A stretch of DNA of 64,000 nucleotides from Blastocystis sp. Blastoise (lineage: Eukaryota; Protista; Bigyra: Opalinata), in assembly GCA_039096225.1 (NCBI GenBank), contig JBBPEB010000032.1, positions 1,054,001 through 1,118,000 on the forward strand, in the 5' to 3' direction. Made by a program: the position numbers and the translations under genes. Of this stretch, positions 49,424 through 61,709 are shown one piece after another; positions within the stretch are counted from its first letter, which is position 1, and the number at the start of each line of letters is the position of its first letter. Below the pieces are notes generated by a model that was not told the DNA's origin, did not search any database, and saw only the letters and a list, made by a program, of their open reading frames with translations.

Positions 49424-50261
49424 TATATACTATATTTTTTTTATATAAATTTTTATATTTTTCTCTATAGATATTCTCATTCATTATAGCCAGTATGAAA
49501 GGGTATATTGAGTTTCATGTAATTGAATAAACTCTATACATCGTTAGTCGCTCTTCTATATTGTTTTTAAATACCTTTACTTAAAACCAAACACATTCAC
49601 AATTACATTCACCTATAATTTTCTATTCAATAATTTATTTTGTTAATCATTCTTCTAATCAATTCTACACACAAATAAAAAATAAATATTCATCAATAAC
49701 ATCTTGAAGTCTATAAACAATCAATGCATTCTTTGCTTATATTCTTAAAAATCATTTCAACTGTTTATATTAATATAATTGACACTAATGATCATTTGTA
49801 ACATTTATAAACTACTTTCAAAACTTTTAAAGAACCTTGACAAATCTACATTACCTAGAAAACTATTATAATTAACTTTAGTTTATATAGGTCATAATTA
49901 AATTCAAATTACTAATAGAAAATTAAAATAACGACATTCTAACTCAACATATCACCAAGAAAAATCAATTGTGTTTGTAACTTCTCTAAAATTGAATTAA
50001 TTAGTGAAATATGTATTTAAATATATGTTGAATTCAAATTCAAACACACACAAACTCACCTTTTCTGACAGTTCTACACATTTAGGCAATCTAGTGACTA
50101 TCATATAATCGACTAATTCTTCTTGCCTTCATCAAGTCAAGTGATTTTCTCATGACTTGAATCATCAATTTTGTTTTATGTAACACTCTATAAATAATTA
50201 ATCAATTAACTATTTTTATTTACATAAATACATACTTCATCAACAACGACGAGACATCAGG

Positions 50262-51117
50262 AGTAAGAATAACAGTTTAAAGTATTTAAATAAAATAATA
50301 AATAATAAAAAGCAGAAATATTAAGATTTCAATAAAATTTAATAAGTTAATTTATAGTGAAGTTTCAATAATCATATAAAAAATATGATTAATTTCGTTT
50401 TTGTATGTTTTAAGTATATATTTATCTATATATAGGACCTAGGAGTATAGTAGAGTACCTTGCGGTCTCCATTGGCAGATTGATCTAAGGTGGTATGTTC
50501 TCTTTCTCTATTATAAGCTTATATAGGTGATGTAAAATGGTTAAGTTAGATGATCAGCTATTGTCTTATGGTTATAAATGGGATGATGTGACGTCACCAT
50601 ATAAAACTGTTTCTTTAGGCTTTCTCAGTGAGTCACAATGGATTGATTGTGTTTATTGTATCGGTTTTAAAGCTTCCAGAAAATAAAGTTGGTAATTGTC
50701 TCAACAAATTGGTCTTAAGTCACAAAGTAGCACAAATATCTAGGCTTAATAAACAACTTTCATAACTCAAATGTCATCGTTGTTATAGATTTGCTTGTAT
50801 TAATACTCAGATTGTAGATGTATATATTTTCTCTATTTATTTTCTTTATAATTATAATTATATTATTATATATACGTTCATATCTATTATTATAATGTTT
50901 TTAAATATAGTTCTTGCTTTTCTGGTCAATAACTGCTTGGTTTCTTTTTTGTATAGTATATATATATTATTAACTTCTTATATTTTGGTTATATTATATA
51001 AATTTCTTAATTATTGAATATTATTTTTATATATAATTATTATTTACTTTCTTCTATATATTTATTGACTTATAGTTTAAATTATTTCATTTTCTTTTTA
51101 TTTTTCTCTTTTTTATT

Positions 51118-51197
<80 letters not shown>

Positions 51198-53540
51198 CAA
51201 AACTTTTATATATTTGTTTTTATTCATTCTTATTTTCTCCTCTTGTCCTTAATTGGCCTTGTTCTCCTCTTCTCTCTTCCATTCATCTACTCTCTAGTTT
51301 TTACTCATTTTTATTCTTATACTCTTATGTTACATAAAACAGTTATTGTTTTTCTTAATATTACTTTATAGTATGTTTTATTTCATGTTCTTCTATTCTA
51401 TATTCTAGTTTTTCCTTCACTTTCTTCTTTCCTCCATTAATTATTACTGGTTCTTCTTCTCCTATCATTACCTACTCTCTTCATTTCAATCTCTTTATCA
51501 TGATTGTCTTCTTTTTCATTTCCTTCAACTCTTCCTTTTCCTACTCTTCTTCTTTATTTCCTTCTATATTATTACTTCTTTTTCTCATCTTCTTCCAATT
51601 ATACTTTCCTTATTCTTTATTCCTTTTAATTCTCATCTACACATTGTTTCTATTTTCCTTCTTCTTCTATATATCCTTATTTTTTGTCTCCTTGTTCATT
51701 CCTTTCTCGTTCTTTTTCATCTATTTATCCTTCTTCTATTTATTTTAATTCTGAATCACCTTCTCTCTATCTCTTTCTGTTTCTTCTTCTTTTATTTAAT
51801 CTTATTTTTCTTCTGGTCCTTCTTGTCTTCTTTTTCTTCTCCTTCTCTTTCTGTATATCCTTCTTCTATATATTCTTTATCTTCTATCTTCTTCATCTGT
51901 ATTTTCTCTTTTATGTATCCTTATTCTTATTCTACATTTTCTCCATATCATTCTCCTCCTATATCTTCTATACCTCCTTTATCTCCTTATTCTTCGTCTA
52001 TGTCTTCTATTCTTCTTCATCTTTTTTCTTCTTCTATATATATATTCTACTTATTCTTCTCTATCCTTGTCTATATATCTTTCTTCTATATTTTCTGCAT
52101 CTACTTCTTCTTCTATATCTTCTATTTATCATTATTTTCCAACATATTTTTCTATTGTACTTCTTCTTTTCTCTTCCTTCTCCTTCTTTTCTATATCTTC
52201 TGTTTATCTTATTCTTCGTCTATATATAATTATTCTCTTTATTCTTCTTCTTTATATATATATTCTTCTTTTTCGATATATTCTTTTTTTTTTTCGTTCT
52301 TTTCCTTGTTCTCCTTCTCAATCTCCTTCTCTTCATTGATATCCTTCTTCTTCTTCTATTCATCTTTTTCTCCTTCTTCTTCTTCTTCTTCTTCTTCTTC
52401 TTCTTCTTCTTCTTCTTCTTCTTCTCCTTCTTCTCCTTCTCCTTCTCCTTCTCCTTCTCCTTCTTCTACTTCTCCTTCTCCTTCTTCTTCTCCTTCTTCT
52501 TCTATTCATCATCATCTTCTTCTTCTTCTATTCATCTTTCTTCTTCTTCTTCATTTAATCCTTCTTCTTCTTCATTTAATCATTCTTCTCCTCCTCTGTC
52601 TTCTTCTTCTATTTATCCTTCTTCTCTTTCTATTCTCCTATATATCCTTTATCTCCTGTTTTTCCTTCTCAATCTCCTTCTCTATATCTCTTTCTTTTTC
52701 TTCTATTTATCCTTTTTCCACTTTTTCTATATCTTTTGCTTCTTATCTTTCTATATCTTCTCTATATCATTCCTCTCCTTCTTCTTCAGCATCTTCTTTT
52801 TAAATCTTATAATTATTTTCTCTTTTCTGTTTTTCTCATTTTATTCCATTTCATCTATTTTTCTATATCTCATTATTTTCAATATTTATTATACAGAATA
52901 TTATTTATATTTAATGTTTTTCACTTTCATACTCTTTTTCTAATATTATATTTTATCATTCTCCTACATCTTCACTTGTTCTTCTTATGTGTATTCTCCT
53001 CATATTTTTATTTCTTTTCTAATAGATTTTCCTTTATAGTTCTTCTAACTCTTCTCTACCTTCTTTCTTCTTTTTCTCTTCTACATGATTTTCTATTCTT
53101 CATCTTTCTTTTTTCTTTTTTATCTTCTTATCTTATTATCTATATGTGCTTCCTCTTCCCCTAATTCTTCTTTATACATATAAATTCTTTTCGCTCTTTA
53201 TCCTTCTAATCAATTCCTTATTCTCATTTAATTAATATTATTCTTCTTCTTAATTTATTTTCCCTTATTCTCCTTATTCTTGTCTTCAATTTTTTTCTAT
53301 ATTCAATTCTTATTTTTCATTATCTTTTATATCTATATATATATATATATATATACATACTTCTCTTCATATTTTAATTATTTCTATCTGTTATACTTAT
53401 TAATATAATATTTATTTTTATTAATAAAAAGATTTTCCCATTTTTATTTCTTATTTATATTTCTTATTTCATTAATTTATATATATATATATATATATTA
53501 ATATATATATATATTGGATATTATGTATTTTAATATTATT
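50262..53540 (+). ncRNA. Spliced unit with no evident ORF and a 2.1 kb pyrimidine-rich terminal exon (putative lncRNA)
   Basis: Plus-strand introns (e.g. GTATGT at 50493 to TATAG at 50526) and an acceptor TATAG at 51196, then a (TCT)/(TCC)-rich tract 51197-~53330. The ORFs there arise from A-depletion. Confidence 0.4.
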
Positions 53541-53557
53541 ATCATTATTATTATTAC

Positions 53558-53626
53558 TCTTATGCTCTATAAGGTGAGAGGCTATCATAATTAGATAGCA
53601 ATCAGGTTCAACTCCTGACATAAGTC
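53558..53626 (+). ncRNA. Non-canonical tRNA-like cloverleaf 2 (mascRNA-like)
   Basis: Acceptor (T)CTTATG/CATAAG(T). D arm CTCT-ATAAGGTG-AGAG with no linker. Stem GCTATC-ATAATTA-GATAGC. 2-nt variable region. T arm TCAGG-TTCAACT-CCTGA. Confidence 0.75.
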
Positions 53627-54971
53627 ATTCCTTATATATATATATATTGATATTTTATTTAATAAACATTTTAATTATATGTTCTTTTTACACTTATGAA
53701 TGCATTTATTAAATTATTTATAGCTCTTCATCCTTCAAAACTTCATAGTTTCTGAAATGAGTTGTAATCTGTTTTATTCTCAACAGTGTAGCTTATTCGA
53801 AATATGTTAGAATTGAGTTAAATGCAGTTTTAAAACTTAGATTCATTTTTTATTTTCAAAATATACTCAAATACAGAGTTTATTTAGCAATCATTAATAC
53901 TTTAACAACTGTAGTTTATTATTTTAAACTGAATTCTGGTCAGTATGCTCAACATAAGCAACCAAACACAATACATACGCATTCATGATTTTTAAACAAC
54001 ATTTTCCATTTCGACATTTACTTGATCCAGAATAAAACTATCTTTCCTTTTGATATAGTATAGAGAAACTAATACCATATACCAAACAAAACTTGTTAAC
54101 ATGAATCTCGTCATCTATTAAATATTTTTCTTAATCAATTCACAGTTCATACTCTTAAAACAGTTATTTGAGATTAATATTTATATATTTGTCTTTAAAC
54201 AATATTTTCATGACACTGTAATAGTATATATGAAAATACAAAGAATCAAGAAATCTGTTAATTATCAAAAAATAAGTTCTATTTTCTTAAAACATCTTTA
54301 TAAGATTTATAAACTCATATAATATAAATATATAGATCTTATATAAAGTATTCATTGAATTAACTAATTTGTCAGTAAATTAAAAGTATGTTATATAAGG
54401 TAATTCTATGTTATCTTTTTTAATCAGGTTTATCTTATAGTTGTTCATCGCTTATACGTCTGCTAATCTTATTTTTTAAAACAATTACAGACAATTATGT
54501 TATGTTCCTTGTCTATTAAGTTATTTTATTGAATTAATAGTATAAATACAGGGTATATAACAAAACAAATGTGTATATTAGTTAAAATAAGACATAAATA
54601 TAAATAAAGAAAAATAGATAAAATTGCCAATAAGCAAATTCAAGGAATAATATAGTACAACAAATGAATTTCTAATAGAAACTTAAAAATCGATTGATTG
54701 GATCAAATAGTCAAATCGTAACGTCATAATATGAATTATTCTTTTATTTTTTTGTTAATTTAAATTCTAGAAATACATCTAATAAACACGGTTATTATAT
54801 AAATTAATACGATTGGACAATGAAATCAAAATGTTAACAGATACTTTTGGGTATTTCTACCAAATCATACAAAAAATTGGGTATGTATACAAATCAATAG
54901 GGAAATCTGGGTATTTCTAACATTTTTCCATCTAATTAATATTGACAAATACATATAAACATATATATATA

Positions 54972-55642
54972 CAAAAATATCGTTTTTTTTTCTGTTTTTC
55001 TTTTGATATTATTTCTTCTCCATTCTTTAATTCAAATCCAAAGAATGAATTAAACATACATTTATTGACTTTATCAGCAAATGCTGATCTTACTTCTTTT
55101 ATTATTAGATAATCATCAACTTTTTCTGTAGAATAGAATAAAATAAAATATTTCTTTATTATATTTATTATTAAAATATATAACCAATTGTCAACATCCA
55201 GTCTATTTGAGTCAGGAAAGTGTTTAAACATGTATCTTGCTTGTAAACGTATTTTTTCATCAAGTATATATGGAATATATAACAATAATTTCTATAATAT
55301 ATTGACAATTAAATATTAATAAATATACTTTAATTTTCTTTGATGTTATTTTTATAGAACTGATATTAATTCCTTCTTTTAGTGCTAGTCTTCTTAGGAC
55401 AACCTCTAAATCATTTGTTAAATAACTTTTATTAAACGACTCTATATAATATTATAATAATGTAAAATAATATATAGTACCTTTTATGCCTGGAAATCTG
55501 ATAGAATAGTAAAATTCTTTCACGGCATGCATAATCATCATTTTAAACTTCCTAACTTTTTGTATTTCTGCCTTACTCAGTGTTATAGTGTTACTTTATA
55601 AAAAATATTAAACTAAAATAGATTCTTAATAACATACACCAT
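54972..55642 (-). CDS. Small multi-exon gene divergent from the CACTA transposase (possible accessory ORF), interrupted by the Mutator-like insertion
   Basis: Open exons (ILDEKIRLQARYMFKHFPDSNRLDVDN; EKVDDYLIIKEVRSAFADKVNKCMFNSFFGFELKNGEE). A donor near 54972 opens an intron that meets the TSD. A candidate continuation exon lies at ~36390-36260, but I could not confirm the phase. Confidence 0.45.
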
Positions 55643-55694
55643 ATTCTAAAAAGAAAAAAAAAGCAAAAACAATTTAGAATTTTATTTACTTTGA

Positions 55695-56953
55695 ATGGCA
55701 ACAAGAGGATTTGGTTCACAAGGCTATAAAGCCAAACGAAAAAGTAATTTAATTATTATTATAACTATATATCTAGATATTTCAGTTGCAGATCTGAATG
55801 ATGGATCTCATCATCATATGTTTAATGAAGAATCTAATGATTATAGTAGTATAGAAACTAATGACTTTAATGAAGAACCAAATAAAACCATAAAAGAGTC
55901 ACTGATAGAAAACATAATTGTATTTATATAACTCATTATTACTAGAAGTATTATGATTAATTATATATTATATGTATAGTATTCAAAAAATTGTATAAAA
56001 GAAACAGAAAATAGAAGAGTAGAAGAAGAAATATATTCTTGTTGGCGTTCCTTAACAATAAGTAAAGCTAAGATTAGAAATATATACAAATTAGTTAACT
56101 CTATTCAGAAACTAGCAGCACCTCAAAGTATTCCTATTCCAATTCCTAATCATGGTCAGGATATGATAAGAAAATATTGTACCACTCACAGTGAAACACC
56201 TATACATAAAAATATATATATATGTAATAAATGTAATGAGTTACTTGGATTCAATAGTGGAAGAAATTTGATACCTTTAAACGAAATAAAATGTCAAAAT
56301 GAAGAATGTAATATGAATATTGGTATGCTTATATATATATATATATATATTATACATATATATATATTATACATATTACACATATTATACATATTATACA
56401 TATTATACATATTATATGGCTATAATATATCTATTGTATACCTATTATATATCTATTATGTATCTATAATATATTTATTATATATCTAATATATGTCTAT
56501 TATATGGCTATAATATATCTATTGTATACCTATTATATATTTATTATATATCTATTATATATCTATTATATATCTAATATATGTCTATTATATGGCTATA
56601 ATATATCTATTGTATATCTATTATATATTTATTATGTACCTATAATATATCTATTGCATATCTAATATATGTCTATTATATGGCTATAATATATCCATTG
56701 CATATCTAATATATGTCTATTATATGGCTATTATATATCTATTATATATCTAATATATGTCTATTATATGGCTATAATATATCTATTGTATATCTAATAT
56801 ATGTCTATTATATGGCTATAATATATCTATTGTATATCTATTATATATTTATTATATATTTATTATATATCTATTATACATCTATTATATATCTATTATA
56901 CATCTATTATGTACCTATAATATATCTATTATACATCTATTATGTATTTATTG

Positions 56954-57048
<95 letters not shown>

Positions 57049-59592
57049 AACAAAGGTAACTATCTTACCAATAATTCCAAGGATTCGATTCTTGTTATCT
57101 TCAAAAAGACTAATACATGATATATCATATTATACTAAAGAGGAAATAATTAGTATTCTTCAGAATGAAAGTGTTTCTTTGAATCAAATTCCTTTATTCA
57201 TGACAGGTATAAATTTCAAGAAATCTATAAATGATATTATTAATAAAGGTGACATTTTTCTTGTTTTCAGTATGACCTGTGATGGAATATCACCCTTTTC
57301 AGATCCTGTCTCAGATGAGAATCTATCTTCATTTCCTATTCTTATAAAGTTGCTGAACTATAAAGAAATAAGAGAAGCAGATCATCGTAAGTTTTGGACG
57401 TATAGTGTCACAAAGGAATCATTCTCATCTTCAATATTTGATATATTAGTAGAAGAATTTAAAATCCTATATAAAGGGATAGAGATGGATGTTTGTATAA
57501 ATGATAGAATAGAAAAGAAAACAGTAATTGGATTATTATTACATACATATGGAGACTGTGCTGCCATTACGAAAGTTGCAAACTTTACAGGATCCTCATC
57601 CCTTTATCCATGTAGATGTTGTGAGTTAAGATGGTGCAGAAAGCAAAAACATTTTCATCAAGGCATAAAATGTACATATAAAGAAGTCAAGAAATATGTA
57701 CATACAAATAACACGAAAAAATCAGTAACAAGTATAAACTATCCATCAGCCGTATTATTAAATAATAAATCTACTCCCTATTCTATACTACCACAAATGA
57801 AGGATTATCATACATCAAATGATACTATTATTGAAAGACTACCCAGGAAGGATTCTTTTAAAGATTCGCTTAAATTAGTAGAGTATCCATTAAGAACAAA
57901 AATATCAATTCAGAAAAATAGAAATTCATGTAGTGATTGTGTATCTTTCAAAGGTATGAAGAAAATTCCAGGTATTCTAGAAAAACTTCCATATTTCGAT
58001 CCATCAACTTGCTATTGCATCGATACGATGCACTTGTTCAATAATGTTTCTACGCTAATTATTAATTTGCTGTTTGGTTTTAATACTAAACAATATGCTA
58101 ATAAATTATCCAGGAAATATTTCAGTAACGGAGAGAAGTATATTAAACATTTTTCATTAAATCCTACAAATATGTCCATTATTGAGTCTCGTATATCATC
58201 TATTAATACGTTATATAATAAAAATGAATATGAGTTCAGATATATATTAGATGAAAAGAAATATTATAATATGTCATCACATACAAGAATCTTCTTCGTA
58301 TCATGTATACTACCACTAATAACCCTAGACTTTAGTAATGTTGATTCACCAATAATATTATTAATAGATCCTCTAGCTACAATAATATATCAGGCATTTT
58401 CATATAATGGTAATACTCCCAGCGCTTTATTGAACATATTTAAAGATCAATGTTCTCTATTCTGTTTTCTTTGTGAACTATTGTTACCAAGAGAAATTAT
58501 AAACTCTCAAATTCATCTTATGAAACACTTACCTGAAACAATTATAAATTCAGGATCTTTAATATACTCTTCCACCTATGAATCTGAACGTTTCTACTCA
58601 TTTCTTAAACGATCTACTTACGGAAGAAAAAGATTTAATGAATCATGTATTAGAGTAATAATAGAAAAGGAGGTTACCGATATTAACTTAACTGATAATT
58701 TAGAGGATATAAATGAAGATAATATAGTAAATGATATATTAATTGCTGAACATAATAATGATAATGAAAATGATTTTCTTTCTCGAGAGGACACATTTGA
58801 AGGTTTTACTAATATTCATATTAATCGAGGAGAAATAAATGTAGTAAAGGGTTTGCGTGCTTCTCCAAATATTGATTTATCTGAATCACAAATAAAGGAA
58901 ATAATTTATATTCTATTATCATCACCTAATGACTTTGTTAATATGGCACTTCTCCCTAATGTAGATATAAACAGTTATATAAATATTTCAAGTTGTCTTG
59001 AAGATCATTCAGTTTTTCAAACATTACTTCTAAACTTCAAAAAGATACCTATTGTTTTTTACTCAGAAGTATTAATTAATGAAACCAAAGTATTTTCTTC
59101 TTCAGGAGTTGATGAAGGTATTGAACGACAAGATAATTCATATATAATGTATAATACGTATGATAGTGGAGAAGAACAGCAAACTCATCTTATTAAAGCA
59201 CTAAACTATATTCAAATTGGTCCTTTTATATTGATCCAGAAACACGAGTATCCATTAGCTCGTATGTCACGAACTAGATTATATTATATTATAAATGATT
59301 CTAATAGACAAATTCCAAGAACATCTAAATACTCAACATCTTTCATTGATATTTCCAATATAATTCCAGAAAATTTAATTATAGTAGACATTCATAATAA
59401 TAAGATTATGGAGAGTGACGCTTCTTATGAAGAACCATCAGTATATAATATATATATATATATATATATAGAATATATATATATAATATATAGATAAGGA
59501 GTAAAAGAAGTATTATAAGAACTGAATTTGTTTCAGCAAACTCAGTCATTACTAGCACAGTATTTATGCCACGTTACTGTAGATCATTATAA
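55695..59592 (+). CDS. EnSpm/CACTA-superfamily DDE transposase (Transposase_21-like), 5 exons
   Basis: The N-terminal CxxH/CxxC exon joins in phase (G|GA) to the large exon 57048-59440. Motifs FSMTCDGISPF, LLHTYGDCAAITKVANFTG..LYPCRCC, IDTMHLF and HLMKHL..INSGSL..STYESERF. Last exon 59494-59592. Confidence 0.88.
56340..56960. repeat. Intronic minisatellite (9-, 11- and 13-bp AT-rich units)
   Basis: ACATATTAT repeats, then ATATCTATTAT / ATATGTCTATTAT / TATGGCTATAA units, inside transposase intron 56323-57047. Confidence 0.85.
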
Positions 59593-61078
59593 GATACTTG
59601 ATCGTTTATAGAGTGTTAAACACCATATTTGTATAAGAGCTTTTAGCTATATATATATATTCTTTTTTAATTGTTTTCTTTATATTTTTATGTATTAAAT
59701 TTTTGAATCTTATATCATCTATATTATGTAATATTTTAAATTAGATAATTATTGTTTTGAATAATACCATTTATTGAGGTAACAATAATATCAAAATTAC
59801 CAACTGATATAATATTTAAAATTAAATATATGAGATAACTTTAATCAATTAAAGAATTATAGTGTAGGGAAGAGCTGACAATTTTTATGTATCATATCAC
59901 AAGAGTCTGAAAAATTTGAAATTTCTTGAATCTTATTGGGATGATTGATATACATATAGAAGGATATTATAATATAAAAGAATGAGAATTAACCTTAAAT
60001 ACGATGATACATATGAAATAAATAGTAGCTGGAATAAGAGTATATAATAATCATAGAGTATATAATGATTCTTAAAGACTTGAAAAAGTCATATAGTAGA
60101 AGATTAAAAATATTTAAACAAAAACATTACATATAATCATCAACCTAGAAGTCATAAACATAAGTAATGACTTGATATTGCGATTGAAGAATAAGAACAG
60201 AGGATATAACAAGTACTCGACATGTAGTTGATTATATGTATGATGATATAGGCTAAAATAATATATTTTGTTCAATAACCATAATATTATTGATAAAACT
60301 AATGATAAAACAAAATAATATAAGAGGACACAATAATGAGAAGATCATAACGTAATTCAATAAAATATAAGATATGACAAAAATTGACGAAGGTATTACA
60401 GTTTATAAGAAATCATAGTAAGTAAATAGAATATATTAAATATGTAATAGTAATTTGAATAGTATGATATATCATATATATAAGGGTAATAATGAAGTTA
60501 AGCATGATAAAACGTTAATTCAACTCATTAATGAATTAATGTTAGTATATGAAGTTTGCTAAATGTACAAAGATGGATTCAACAATGATAATGAAAAGTT
60601 TAATAGAAATAATTTCAAATATATAGAAATTCTGTTAAATATACATCTATATATGATAGTTAAGATAATAAAGAATAATAATAATTTCTAATATCTTATT
60701 GATAACTGTATTCTTTATATATTATTATCATTATCCATTCAGCAATTATATCATTTATTAGTCATATATAACATCATTTTTATGATAACATAATCAAACA
60801 AAAATATGTTCTTTTTTGATAATCGATATTATATTTTAGTATCATAACATAGCATCGATTTCTGTTTAATAATTAAAACGGCATAATTACTATAGTATAA
60901 TACTATAGTTTTAAAAGCAAACTTAAAGAATCAGAAAAGAAGAAAAATGAAGAAAAAAAATAATAAGAATAAAGTATCTTCTAGATCTATATGATTATTA
61001 CTTTTTCACATTGATAATTCTAAACACCAAATTTGAATATTTGAACATTTGTTATTGTATTCATTAGTAGAAATGTTT

Positions 61079-61691
61079 CTACGCTACTATTGCCTTTGAA
61101 GTGAAAGATATACATGTAGAATCAGGACATCTTAATTGATTGTTCATACATCCATAAGTAATAGGACATGTTAATCTACAAATACCATCTGAACATAATT
61201 GATATGTAGATATAAAACAACTATATGTATTATTATTTGAATATAGAATATGAATAAAAATAGATAATGTAGTAGAATCATAATGAATATTAATTTGATT
61301 TGATTTTTCTTTAGAATAAATAGAATAATCATAATAATGATAAGGTGAATAAATAGATCTTCCTACTTGTTGTCCTGATGGTGATATAAATATAGAATTA
61401 CAATCCATATTGATATATACACAAATACCATTAGGACATCTTTTAGGAGATGTAGTAGGACAAGGAGGAATAGGAGGACAAAGAGAAATATCACGAAAAG
61501 ATCCATCAGGACATAATGTAATAGAAGAAAAAGAAAGAGGAGAAGGAGAAGGAAGAGATGAAAATAATGTTATATTTAATGTTTCACAATAAAGAGGAGA
61601 AGATACACATAAATCATTATAACAATGATAAGGAAGATTCTCAGGACAATTTGATAGTAATGGACAATCACCTTCATTTAATACACATGTA
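61079..61691 (-). CDS. Cysteine-rich repeat (CPDG/CPNG type) exon or gene fragment
   Basis: After acceptor TTTATAG: GTCVLNEGDCPLLSNCPENLPYHCYNDLCV...LCPDGSFRDISLCPPIPPCPTTSPKRCPNGICV...CSDGICRLTCP...RCPDSTC. Ends TAG. Confidence 0.6.
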
Positions 61692-61709
61692 CCTATAAAA
61701 TATTTTTTA

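Larger units (their letters stand above)
36455..54929. mobile_element. Giant (18.5 kb) Mutator-like/foldback element with no recognisable transposase
   Basis: Left end GAGGCATTGTTAGAAATACCC; right end reverse complement GGAAAAATGTTAGAAATACCC, in the same register. Three to four subterminal TTG(T/G)TAGAAATACCCAA repeats mirrored at each end. Exact 9-bp direct repeat ATCTAATTA at 36446-36454 and 54930-54938. Confidence 0.78.

Noticed and set aside
49355-53626. Canonical tRNA-Leu(TAA), tRNA-Ile(AAT) or an ochre suppressor
   Set aside because: No nt 8-9 linker, A32 and T37 in the loops, no Leu-type variable arm, and TTA is not centred in either loop.
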